From Candidatus Aenigmatarchaeota archaeon (GTDB taxonomy: Archaea > Aenigmatarchaeota > Aenigmatarchaeia > QMZP01), in NCBI GenBank assembly GCA_039091855.1, contig JAWCLA010000003.1, forward strand, positions 1 through 16,965: 16,965 nucleotides of DNA, read 5' to 3'. Each line of letters opens with the position of its first letter. Positions within the stretch are counted from its first letter, which is position 1. A program made the position numbers and the translations under genes. The notes under the pieces were generated by a model that searched no databases, was not told the origin of the DNA, and was given only the letters and a program-made list of their open reading frames with translations. Below are positions 7,129 through 15,779 of this stretch, piece by piece.

Positions 7129-8610
7129 GTGGAAAATGTTTGGTATCCTATGAGGTTTCCTTCTGCTTCTGATGGAGTTATGATTTACAAAATGTTCATA
7201 AATGGGGAATGGGTCGAGTCATCAAACAGGCAGACATTTGAGGTAAGGAATTCTTATGACAACTCTGTTGTTGGGAGGGTGCAAAAGGCAACAAGTGAGG
7301 ATGCTTTGAGGGCTGTGGAGGCGGCTTTTGCTGCAAAAAAATCAATGGAAAAAATGGAAACAGTGAAAAGGATAGAGCTTCTCGAGAAAATCAAGGAATT
7401 GGTTGATGAGCATAAGAATGAGCTTGTTGACATGCTCATACAGGAGTCTGGAAAGCCGAGGGTTTATGCAGAAGGTGAGGCAAATGCAACAATAGAAAGG
7501 CTTCACTGTGCGGCTGAAGAAGTCAAGACAATGCACGGGGAATACATACCCGGAGACCTTATTTCCGGAAGCTCGCAAAAATTTGCAATTGTGTCTAGAA
7601 AGCCTGTTGGTGTGGTTTTGGCGATATGTCCCTTTAACTATCCGCTTTTCATCTCTGTCTCAAAGATTGCCCCGGCAATAGCGGCTGGTAACTCTGTTGT
7701 CTGCAAGGCAGCAAGCGATGATCCTATAACACTTCTTATGTTTACAAGACTTGCAGAGATGGCAGGAATTCCTAAAGGAGGACTTAACGTGATAACAGGA
7801 GGTGGTGGGGAAATAGGGGATTTGCTTGCCTCGCATCAAAAAATAGATATGATATCATTCACAGGCTCAACTGCTGTCGGAAAGCACATAGCTTCAATAG
7901 CTGGGATGAAGAAGCTTCACCTCGAGCTTGGGGGAAAAAGCCCTGCAATTGTTCTGGAGGATGCTGATATGGATACTGCTGTTAAGGAATGTGTTGCAGG
8001 TGCTTTGAAATTTTCGGGGCAGAGGTGCGATGCGCTTTCAAGGATATTGGTTGTTGAAGCAGTTGCTGATGATTTCGTGAAAAGGGTTGTGAAAGAGGTG
8101 AAAGGTTGGAAAATGGGAGACCCGAAAGACCCTGAAACAAGGATAGGGCCCTTGATAAATGAGCAGGGGCTTCAGAAGGTTGATGGACTTGTGAAGGACG
8201 CTGTCTCTAAGGGAGCAAAGGTTATAGCAGGCGGTAAGAGGGTTGGTAATTTTTACGAGCCTACTGTTCTTGACTTCGTCACAAAGGATATGAGGATTGC
8301 GTGGGAGGAGACATTTGGCCCTGTTATTACAATAATGAGGGTAAAAAACATTGAAGATGCAATAGAAATCGCGAACCAGTCAAATTACGGTCTTGATGCA
8401 TCTGTATTCACGCAGGACATAGACAAGGCAATTTATGTTGCTAAAAATATAGAATCAGGCTCTGTCACTATAAACGCCTCGCCTGCACACGGGGTTGGAA
8501 TATTCCCGTTTGGAGGAGACAAGGATTCAGGAATAGGCAGGGAAGGATTGAACTATTCCATAGATGAGATGACAAAGCTTCATACGATAGTTTTCAATAT
8601 GAAGAAGTAA
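7129..8610 (+). CDS. gapN: Non-phosphorylating glyceraldehyde-3-phosphate dehydrogenase (ALDH superfamily)
   Basis: Motifs PFNYP, FTGSTAVG, LELGGKSP (catalytic Glu), FSGQRCDA (catalytic Cys in a GAPN-like context) and EETFGPV, in a glycolytic neighbourhood. Start moved to GTG 7129 on SD spacing. Confidence 0.85.
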   Translation: MENVWYPMRFPSASDGVMIYKMFINGEWVESSNRQTFEVRNSYDNSVVGRVQKATSEDALRAVEAAFAAKKSMEKMETVKRIELLEKIKELVDEHKNELVDMLIQESGKPRVYAEGEANATIERLHCAAEEVKTMHGEYIPGDLISGSSQKFAIVSRKPVGVVLAICPFNYPLFISVSKIAPAIAAGNSVVCKAASDDPITLLMFTRLAEMAGIPKGGLNVITGGGGEIGDLLASHQKIDMISFTGSTAVGKHIASIAGMKKLHLELGGKSPAIVLEDADMDTAVKECVAGALKFSGQRCDALSRILVVEAVADDFVKRVVKEVKGWKMGDPKDPETRIGPLINEQGLQKVDGLVKDAVSKGAKVIAGGKRVGNFYEPTVLDFVTKDMRIAWEETFGPVITIMRVKNIEDAIEIANQSNYGLDASVFTQDIDKAIYVAKNIESGSVTINASPAHGVGIFPFGGDKDSGIGREGLNYSIDEMTKLHTIVFNMKK

Positions 8611-8823
8611 CTACCTGCCATTAAGCTCGTAAACAACCTTGTTTCCCTTTTCAACAATCCTTATCTTGTTTTCCCTTCCGAGCCATCCGAGAGCGCCATT
8701 CACGTCAAGCATGCTGAGTTTTGTGAACTTGGAAAGCTCTCTCAACCCGAGCTGTCCCTTCTCGTTCAATGCCCTCCACACAATTCCTGCATTCTTTCCG
8801 TAAACCGCTTCCACTGCAACCAT
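8611..8823 (-). CDS. Small winged helix-turn-helix protein (DUF2582-like)
   Basis: G-x-N-A-G-x-V-W ... ALGWLGRENKI pattern of the DUF2582 family. GGTGG SD before ATG 8823. Its stop codon abuts the gapN stop. Confidence 0.8.
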   Translation of the reverse strand: MVAVEAVYGKNAGIVWRALNEKGQLGLRELSKFTKLSMLDVNGALGWLGRENKIRIVEKGNKVVYELNGR

Positions 8824-8932
8824 CAAACCACCCTTATTTCAAAATATTTTTATGATAATTGTTTTCCTTTATATTATTGCTTTATCTAATATATATTTGG
8901 GGCAGTCCCTCTTGAAGTTAAAGGTGGTTTGT

Positions 8933-10030
8933 ATGAGAGTTACGCTTTCTGTAATAAAGGCGGACATAGGCGGATGGGTTGGGCATTCCCATTCGCACCC
9001 TGAGATTATTGAGCTTGCGAGAAGGGTCCTTGGAGAGGCAAAGGAGAGGAAAAAGATCCTTGATTACTATGTGACTGCTTGTGGCGATGACTTGGAGCTG
9101 ATAATGACGCACAGGAAGGGTGATGCAAACAAGGAGATACATGGTCTTGCGTGGGAGATTTTTCTTGAGGCAACTGAAAGGGCAAAACAGTTGAAATTGT
9201 ATGGGGCCGGGCAGGACATACTTAAAACCACTTTTTCCGGAAACCTAAAAGGAATGGGGCCTGGTGTCGCTGAGATGACATTTGAGGAAAGGCCTTCAGA
9301 ACCTGTTATAGTCTTTATGGCTGACAAAACAGAACCAGGGGCATGGAACATACCCCTTTACAAGATGTTTGCCGACCCGTTTTCAAATCCAGGTCTTGTG
9401 ATAGACCCTGATATGCATCAGGGATTCAGGTTTGATGTCCATGACATAATAGAGAGAAAGCACATTGTTTTCTCCTGCCCTGAGGAAATGTATGATATGC
9501 TTGCTCTCATAGGGACTGTGGGAAGGTATGAGATAAAGGCAGTTTACAGGAAGGTAGGAAACGATATTGCTGCTGTTACCTCAACGGACAGGCTTAACCT
9601 TATCGCAGGAAAATATGTCGGAAAGGATGACCCTGTGATGATTGTGAGGGCGCAAAAGGGGCTTCCTGATGTTGGTGAGATTCTTGAACCCTTTGCGAAC
9701 CCATATTTTGTGGCGGGATGGAACAGGGGAAGCCACAATGGGCCTTTCATGCCTGTTTCAGAAAAGGATGCCCATATGTCAAGGTTTGACGGGCCCCCAA
9801 GGGTTATGGCTCTCGGCTTTCAGCTTGCAGATGGTATGCTGGGACCTCCTGCTGACATGTTTGATGACCCTGGCTTTGACAAGGCTAGGATGGAATGCAA
9901 CCAGATGGCAGATTTCATCCGCAGGAACGGCCCCTTCCAGCCGCACAGGCTTGAGCCTGAGGAGATGGAATACACAACTCTAAGCGAGATACTGAAAAAG
10001 CTCAAAACAAGGTTCAAGAAGCTGGATTGA
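8933..10030 (+). CDS. fbp: Bifunctional fructose-1,6-bisphosphate aldolase/phosphatase (FBPase class V)
   Basis: Motifs SVIKADIGG, GDD, LYGAGQD, DKTEPGAWN, YVGKDDP (Tyr and Schiff-base Lys), GWNRGSH and EMEYTTL. The likely start is ATG 8933 after AAGGTGGT, not 8852. Confidence 0.96.
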   Translation: MRVTLSVIKADIGGWVGHSHSHPEIIELARRVLGEAKERKKILDYYVTACGDDLELIMTHRKGDANKEIHGLAWEIFLEATERAKQLKLYGAGQDILKTTFSGNLKGMGPGVAEMTFEERPSEPVIVFMADKTEPGAWNIPLYKMFADPFSNPGLVIDPDMHQGFRFDVHDIIERKHIVFSCPEEMYDMLALIGTVGRYEIKAVYRKVGNDIAAVTSTDRLNLIAGKYVGKDDPVMIVRAQKGLPDVGEILEPFANPYFVAGWNRGSHNGPFMPVSEKDAHMSRFDGPPRVMALGFQLADGMLGPPADMFDDPGFDKARMECNQMADFIRRNGPFQPHRLEPEEMEYTTLSEILKKLKTRFKKLD

Positions 10031-10039
10031 GGTTTTAAA

Positions 10040-12340
10040 ATGGCTGGAAAGTTCATTCTTTGGTTTGAGGAGATTGGAAAGGAGGATACCTCTTTAGTTG
10101 GCGGTAAGTGCGCAAGCCTCGGTGAGATGTACAACAAGGTTAATGTTCCTGTACTCCCTGGATTTGCGATAACAGCAGACGCATACTATCATTTTGTGGA
10201 GTATGCTGGTCTGAAATCCTTCATAAGAAACATACTTTCTGGACTTGACACGCATAATGTAAGGGATCTTTCAAAAAGGGGAAAAACCATAAGGAGGAGA
10301 ATTTCATCTGCTCCAATGTCTCATGAATTAAAATCAGCAATAATCTCTGCTTACAGAAAGCTCGGTGAAAAGCTGCATCATAGAAACCCATATGTTGCTG
10401 TGAGGTCTTCTGCAACTGCTGAGGACCTCCCGGACGCGAGTTTTGCAGGTCAGCAGGAAACATACCTTAACATAAGGGGGGAAAAATCCCTGATAACCCA
10501 TGTTAAGAAGTGTTTTGCATCGCTTTTCACTGACAGGGCAATCTCTTACAGGGTTGACAAAGGGTTTGATCACTTCAAAGTCGGGCTTTCTGTTGGCATA
10601 CAGAAGATGGGAAGAAGTGACATAGGTGCTGCCGGGGTGATGTTTACCATAGACCCTGATACGGGTTTTGACAAGGTTGTTGTTATAAACGGTTCATACG
10701 GGCTTGGAGAATATGTTGTGCAGGGGAAGGTAATACCTGACGAGTTTGTTGTTTTCAAACCCACGATGGGAATAATAGAAAAGAAATTAGGTTACAAAAG
10801 GGTAAAGCTTGTAAGGGGGAAGTTCAGGAATGTGGAGCGAAGGGTTTCTGAAAGGGATATGGAAAGGTTCTGCCTTGACAAAAGTCAGGTTCTGGAACTT
10901 GCGAGATATGGAATGACAATAGAAAAACACTATAAAAAACCGATGGATATAGAGTGGCTGCTTGACGGTGATACAAACAAAATTTACATAGTTCAGGCGA
11001 GGCCGGAGACAGTACACTCAACCAGCAACAGGAATGTTTTCAGGGAATACGTTCTTAAGGAGAAGGGAAGGCTTCTTCTTAAGGGAACTGCAATAGGGAC
11101 AAAAATAGGTTCAGGAAAGGCAAATGTGTTGATTTCGGCAAAACATATTCACAAGTTCAAAAGGGGCGAGGTTCTTGTAACGGATATGACGGACCCTGAC
11201 TGGGAGCCAATAATGAAGATTGCATCTGCAATAATAACAAACAAGGGAGGAAGAACAAGCCATGCTGCAATCGTATCAAGAGAGCTCGGCGTTCCCTGTG
11301 TGATAGGTACAGGAGATGCCACATCTGTTCTTAGAACAGGGCAAAATGTTACTGTTGACTGCTCAACAGGAGAGGGCAGGGTTTACGACGGAATTCTGAG
11401 GTTTCAGATTGTTGAAAGGGATGTAACAAAACTTCCCAAGACAAAGACGGAGATAATGGTAAATGTGGGTGAGCCTGACGAGGTTTTTGCGCTTGCAAAG
11501 CTTCCTGTCGCAGGCGTGGGTCTTGCAAGGGAGGAGTTCATAATAGGAAGCTACATAGGAGCGCATCCGCTTCACCTAATAGAAACCGATCAAGCAGATA
11601 AATACATAAACACTCTTGCGATGGGAATAGGGAAGATAGCTGCTGCTTTCTATCCAAGGCCTGTTATAGTAAGGCTTTCTGACTTCAAGACAGACGAGTA
11701 TGCAAACCTTAATGGAGGAAAAAAGTTCGAGCCTAAGGAAGACAACCCTATGATAGGTTGGAGGGGTGCATCGAGATATTATGACCCTGATTTTCTTGAG
11801 GCGTTTGAGCTTGAATGCAGAGCACTTAAAATTGTGAGGAATGAGATGGGGCTTGAAAACGTAATTGTTATGGTTCCTTTCTGCAGGACCCCTGAGGAGG
11901 GGAAAAAGGTTCTTGCAGAGTGCGAGAGGTTTGGGCTTTCAAGAAAGTCTGGCTGCAAGTTTTATGTTATGGCAGAGATACCAAGTAACATTATTCTTGC
12001 AGAGGAGTTTGCAAAAATATTTGACGGTTTCTCCATAGGCTCAAACGATCTCACCCAGCTTACACTTGGCATAGACAGGAACTCTGAGAAGCTGGTGAAG
12101 ATTTTTGACGAGAGGAACCCTGCTGTGAAAAGGCTTATTTCAGAATTGATAAGGAAAGCGCATTCACACAAGCCTCGGAGAAGGGTTGGAATATGCGGAC
12201 AGGCGCCTTCTGACTATCCTGAATTCTGCGAGTTCCTTGTGAGAGAGGGAATAGATTCCATATCAGTAAATCCTGATGTGGCAATCAAGACAATAATGTT
12301 GGTTGCAGGGTTTGAGAAAAAGATAGGGAAAGGTAAGTGA
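10040..12340 (+). CDS. ppsA: Phosphoenolpyruvate synthase (pyruvate,water dikinase)
   Basis: Motifs VGGKCASLGEM, AVRSSATAEDLPDASFAGQQETYLN, QARPETV, GGRTSHAAIVSRELG (phospho-His), SIGSNDLTQ and GICGQAPSD. GAGGT SD. Confidence 0.97.
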   Translation: MAGKFILWFEEIGKEDTSLVGGKCASLGEMYNKVNVPVLPGFAITADAYYHFVEYAGLKSFIRNILSGLDTHNVRDLSKRGKTIRRRISSAPMSHELKSAIISAYRKLGEKLHHRNPYVAVRSSATAEDLPDASFAGQQETYLNIRGEKSLITHVKKCFASLFTDRAISYRVDKGFDHFKVGLSVGIQKMGRSDIGAAGVMFTIDPDTGFDKVVVINGSYGLGEYVVQGKVIPDEFVVFKPTMGIIEKKLGYKRVKLVRGKFRNVERRVSERDMERFCLDKSQVLELARYGMTIEKHYKKPMDIEWLLDGDTNKIYIVQARPETVHSTSNRNVFREYVLKEKGRLLLKGTAIGTKIGSGKANVLISAKHIHKFKRGEVLVTDMTDPDWEPIMKIASAIITNKGGRTSHAAIVSRELGVPCVIGTGDATSVLRTGQNVTVDCSTGEGRVYDGILRFQIVERDVTKLPKTKTEIMVNVGEPDEVFALAKLPVAGVGLAREEFIIGSYIGAHPLHLIETDQADKYINTLAMGIGKIAAAFYPRPVIVRLSDFKTDEYANLNGGKKFEPKEDNPMIGWRGASRYYDPDFLEAFELECRALKIVRNEMGLENVIVMVPFCRTPEEGKKVLAECERFGLSRKSGCKFYVMAEIPSNIILAEEFAKIFDGFSIGSNDLTQLTLGIDRNSEKLVKIFDERNPAVKRLISELIRKAHSHKPRRRVGICGQAPSDYPEFCEFLVREGIDSISVNPDVAIKTIMLVAGFEKKIGKGK

Positions 12341-12373
12341 GAAGGATTTATACCTGTTGAACAAAATAATATT

Positions 12374-12682
12374 ATGGATTTCAAAAATATTAAGCCGGCT
12401 TTTTCCTGGAGGCCTGTTATCTATTGCGTTCTAATTAACATAATAATTGCCTTTGTGGCGTTCTCGGTTTCATTCCTTCTCACAGCAAACCCTGTTGAAA
12501 CTGTTTTGTACACATTTTATACTTGGTCTGCAACAGTAACAGGAAGCTTCATTTACTGGATAGCTTGGTTTTTCAGGAATGTGAAGTCTGATGGAAAAGT
12601 GAAAGCTGTTTTCACGGTGTCTATGCTTGTGCTGCTCGCAATAGAGTGGCTGGTGATATGGAATGTGCTTGGGATTTTTTAG
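12374..12682 (+). CDS. Small hypothetical integral membrane protein (about 3 TM segments)
   Basis: 102 aa with three hydrophobic stretches. TTTATA about 25 bp upstream suggests its own leaderless promoter. Confidence 0.65.
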   Translation: MDFKNIKPAFSWRPVIYCVLINIIIAFVAFSVSFLLTANPVETVLYTFYTWSATVTGSFIYWIAWFFRNVKSDGKVKAVFTVSMLVLLAIEWLVIWNVLGIF

Positions 12683-12722
12683 GAGAAAGAAAGAGAAGCC
12701 AAAGGAAGAGGCAAAGAAGTGA
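12683..12722 (-). terminator. Possible pyrimidine-rich terminator region for the minus-strand operon
   Basis: 40-bp convergent gap that is almost entirely purine on + and therefore U/C-rich on -. Confidence 0.3.
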
Positions 12723-13223
12723 CTATCCTTTCAGGACAGAAACGTGCTTCTTCAGGATTTTGAAGGTTTCATCAATAGACTGCGGCATAACCTTTGTGGA
12801 TGCAGTGACCTCCATAAATCCAGAGTCTCTTTGATATCTTGGAACTATTTGAACATGCAGATGGAGTACAGACCCGCCTGAAAGGTCTCCGCCCAAATTG
12901 AGGCCTATGTTGAAAGCCGGCGGGTTAAGGGCTTTTTTCAAAAGAATGATTGAACGCCTCGTAATTTCCCACATTTTTTGGTATTCTTCATTGCTCATTT
13001 CCTCAGGCCAAACAACATGACGTATTGGAACGACTTCAAGGTGCCCGACATTGTAGGGAAAGATGTTCATTATTACCATCATCTCCTTGTCTTTCCAGAG
13101 GACTTTTTTCGGTGTGTTGGGGTCATCTTTGGCTATGTTGCAGAAAAGGCAGCCGGGGCTTTGCCTGTGCTTCTTTGTTACATACTTCATCCTTGATGTT
13201 GCCCAAAGGTAGTTATTATACAT
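12723..13223 (-). CDS. HIT-superfamily protein with HxHxQ motif (nucleotidyl transferase/phosphorylase-like)
   Basis: Motifs CLFC, NIFPYNVGHLEVVPIRH, FNIGLNLG and LHLHVQIVPR. Start ATG 13223 follows GGAGG and overlaps the tpiA stop. Confidence 0.88.
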   Translation of the reverse strand: MYNNYLWATSRMKYVTKKHRQSPGCLFCNIAKDDPNTPKKVLWKDKEMMVIMNIFPYNVGHLEVVPIRHVVWPEEMSNEEYQKMWEITRRSIILLKKALNPPAFNIGLNLGGDLSGGSVLHLHVQIVPRYQRDSGFMEVTASTKVMPQSIDETFKILKKHVSVLKG

Positions 13224-13881
13224 TGAAGCCCTCCACAAGATCCTTTAAAACCCTTTCCGGATTCAGGGCTTTCATAATCCCTGAGGAAACAAGAACACCT
13301 GCTGCACCGAGTTGTAAGGCTTTCCTTACATCTTCCCTGTTTTTTATTCCAGCACCGACAAGAAGGGGTATCGAGTTGACATTTTTTATTGAGTTTGTTA
13401 TAACCTCTGGTTTTGCCTTTGATACAGAGATGTTTCCTCCTATAAGTTCTGGTGGCTCAACTGCTATGTAGTCAGGAGAAAGCCTTGACATCTGTCTTGC
13501 GGAGTCAGGTGTGTTTGCGCAAACCACTGTTTTGATATTCAATTCCTTTGCCCTTTCCACAGCCTCCCTTAAGGAATCTGCCTTCATAGGATGCTCTGAA
13601 TGGTTTAGAAGGGTTCCTGTGGCGCCTGCGTTTTTTATGCTTTCGGGAAGAATCCACCCTGTGTTGGAGCCGTAGTGTATTCCGTCCATATGCTGGGAGT
13701 AAACCGGTATTGAAACAGAAGATGAGAATTTCTGTATTTCCGCTATCTGCACAGCGATTGCTATGTTTGCATTTTTCTCAGTAGCAATTTTTTCTGCTAT
13801 CCTTGCTATTTTGAGTCCTCTCTCTCCTGTCCCTTCTTCGTATGTCTTGAAGTTCACCAGAAGAAGCGGTTTTTCCGCCAT
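13216..13881 (-). CDS. tpiA: Triosephosphate isomerase, archaeal type
   Basis: Motifs NFKTY, LLNHSEH, AVEPPELIG, VGAGIK and GVLVSSG; 221 aa short archaeal form. Confidence 0.97.
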   Translation of the reverse strand: MAEKPLLLVNFKTYEEGTGERGLKIARIAEKIATEKNANIAIAVQIAEIQKFSSSVSIPVYSQHMDGIHYGSNTGWILPESIKNAGATGTLLNHSEHPMKADSLREAVERAKELNIKTVVCANTPDSARQMSRLSPDYIAVEPPELIGGNISVSKAKPEVITNSIKNVNSIPLLVGAGIKNREDVRKALQLGAAGVLVSSGIMKALNPERVLKDLVEGFNV

Positions 13882-13913
13882 AATAATATTTATTGATGGA
13901 GAGATTTATTATC

Positions 13914-14663
13914 CTATCTGAAAATCCTATTCAATTTATACCAGAAACCGAGCTTTGGTGGTTCCTCCCCTGCAAGAATGTACGAAAGCCTCTTGACCTC
14001 TCCTGAAACAGGAGAGTATGGGGAATATGCAACAACGGGGTTCTTTATCGCTATCGACTCTCTCACTTTTTTGTGGTGTGGTATGTTTCCTATGACAGGA
14101 AGCCCGAGCATCTCCTCTATTTCCTTGTCAGTGAGCTCGAATTTTTCCTTCCTTACCTTGTTTATTATGACACCGAGTATTTCCCTTTTGTGCCTCTCTG
14201 CAAGGGCCTTAACCCTTAGCGCATCTACTATTGCCGGCAGCTCAGGGTTTGTCACTATTATGACTTTGTCTGATGCCTCTATCGCAGCGCGAACCTCGTT
14301 GTCTATACCTGCTGCAGAATCTATAAGGATGAAATCCTTTTTTCCGACAACGTCTGAAAGAACGTACTTCATCCTTCTCGGGTTGACCTCTATGTCTATA
14401 AGTGATGCAGGTATCACATCGAAACCGAGATAGTGCCTGTAAATCGCGTGGGTTATCGAAACATTTCCCTTCAGGACATCATTAAGCGAAAATGGATAGA
14501 AGTTTGAAAGCCCAAGATGAATCCCGAGGTTCGCTCCTGAAAGGTTGCCATCGATTACAAGAACCTGCTTTCCTATTTGGGCGAGGGCAGCTCCAAGGTT
14601 TGAAACAAGGGTTGTTTTTCCAACTCCACCCTTGCCAGAAACAAATGATATTATCTGAGTCAT
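13914..14663 (-). CDS. minD: MinD/ParA-family ATPase (archaeal MinD-like)
   Basis: Deviant Walker A SGKGGVGKTT, IDSAAG, VTNPE and GVIINK, with a C-terminal amphipathic-looking KLGFWYKLNRIFR. Confidence 0.9.
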   Translation of the reverse strand: MTQIISFVSGKGGVGKTTLVSNLGAALAQIGKQVLVIDGNLSGANLGIHLGLSNFYPFSLNDVLKGNVSITHAIYRHYLGFDVIPASLIDIEVNPRRMKYVLSDVVGKKDFILIDSAAGIDNEVRAAIEASDKVIIVTNPELPAIVDALRVKALAERHKREILGVIINKVRKEKFELTDKEIEEMLGLPVIGNIPHHKKVRESIAIKNPVVAYSPYSPVSGEVKRLSYILAGEEPPKLGFWYKLNRIFR

Positions 14664-14684
14664 ATTTCAGATATTGAAAATGGG

Positions 14685-14700
14685 TTTTAAATACTTTCTC
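14685..14700 (-). promoter_or_regulatory. BRE + TATA box for minD (leaderless)
   Basis: Minus strand reads GAGAAAG-TATTTAAAA, with the TATA element 22-30 bp upstream of ATG 14663. Confidence 0.55.
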
Positions 14701-14706
14701 AAGAGA

Positions 14707-15729
14707 CTATTTTTTTAGCGCGTAATAGGACTCGGTGACTGCTGCTGCGTCTCCCATTCCCACTATTATTTTCGGTTTTTCCACTATTCTGGACGGGATT
14801 ATAAAGAAGTTTTTTTGCTTTATTGGTTGAACCCCTGAGAAAGGAACTGATCTTGCATTCTCCAAGTTATCCTTTATGTTACCTAGGGCCTTTGCTGCGC
14901 AAACATCTATTGAGAATTCCGCTGCCCTTAGGTTTTTTTGTAGGTTCCTTCTGAAAATAATCAGCCTGTATTCCCTTGAATGTATGCTTATCCTTTCGAT
15001 TCCTGTTTTCTCCAGAAAAGCCAAGGCGTTTTCTGCCATCTTATTTGGCTGGGCTTTAGTTATTCCTATTATGTCAGTTTCCGTGTCGTTCATACCAACT
15101 GAATCTATGCAGTTCCTGTCAATAAGTTTTTTTGCTGAATACTTTACTGTGTCTTTTCCGAAGCCGAGCTCAAGGTGAACCTTAAAACTCCTTTTCTCGA
15201 GAAAATCCGCTATTTCATTAACCTTTTTCATATGCTTTTCAGGAACTGTATGGAAGCCTGAAAGGAAAAGATAGCCTGCCTTTTTAATCGAGTTCCAGAA
15301 ATCCATGTCAAGAATGAATTTTTGCTGGACAACATCATAATTGAATATCTTCCTGTATCCGTCCATCTCGAAGATTATGTGTTCTGGGGTTTTCTCGTTT
15401 CTTGAACACTTAACAGGTGAAATTTCCTTTCCTTCCTTAATGAGAAAAATTTTGTGCTTACTTAGGCTTTCCATAAAGGATTTTTCCCTTCTTGGACAGG
15501 AAAGAACGGAATACATACCAATTTCTGAAAGCGTTACTGCTGCGTTGCCGGCATTTCCTCCTATCTCTCTTCTGGGGTTTGTGAGAGAGGAGAGTATCCT
15601 GTTGTGAAGGCTTTTTGATATGTAATGCTCAGAGTCCTCTTTTTTTATGAAAAATCTCGAGAGAAAGTCTGGTGGTTCCTGCCTTGCTATCAAGTCCTGT
15701 TGGGAAAAAAGCCCAAGAAACGGCCTCAT
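14707..15729 (-). CDS. ADP-dependent glucokinase/phosphofructokinase family protein (compact, 340 aa)
   Basis: Motifs IGGNAG, LFLSGFH, VHLELG, DSVGMNDTE (NxxE), ISIHS and VGMGD (GxGD catalytic Asp). Confidence 0.8.
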   Translation of the reverse strand: MRPFLGLFSQQDLIARQEPPDFLSRFFIKKEDSEHYISKSLHNRILSSLTNPRREIGGNAGNAAVTLSEIGMYSVLSCPRREKSFMESLSKHKIFLIKEGKEISPVKCSRNEKTPEHIIFEMDGYRKIFNYDVVQQKFILDMDFWNSIKKAGYLFLSGFHTVPEKHMKKVNEIADFLEKRSFKVHLELGFGKDTVKYSAKKLIDRNCIDSVGMNDTETDIIGITKAQPNKMAENALAFLEKTGIERISIHSREYRLIIFRRNLQKNLRAAEFSIDVCAAKALGNIKDNLENARSVPFSGVQPIKQKNFFIIPSRIVEKPKIIVGMGDAAAVTESYYALKK

Positions 15730-15779
15730 AAATAGATTTTGATTTATTTGAATTTAAGCTGAGAGTCAAAATATCTTCC

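Noticed and set aside
8852-8932. 27-aa N-terminal extension of FBP aldolase/phosphatase in the ORF track
   Set aside because: It spans AT-rich promoter sequence; the SD and family N-terminus point to ATG 8933.
15736-15772. ATTTTGA...TCAAAAT inverted repeat in the kinase/GT4 divergent gap
   Set aside because: Only 7 bp, AT-rich, with a long spacer; not distinguishable from chance.
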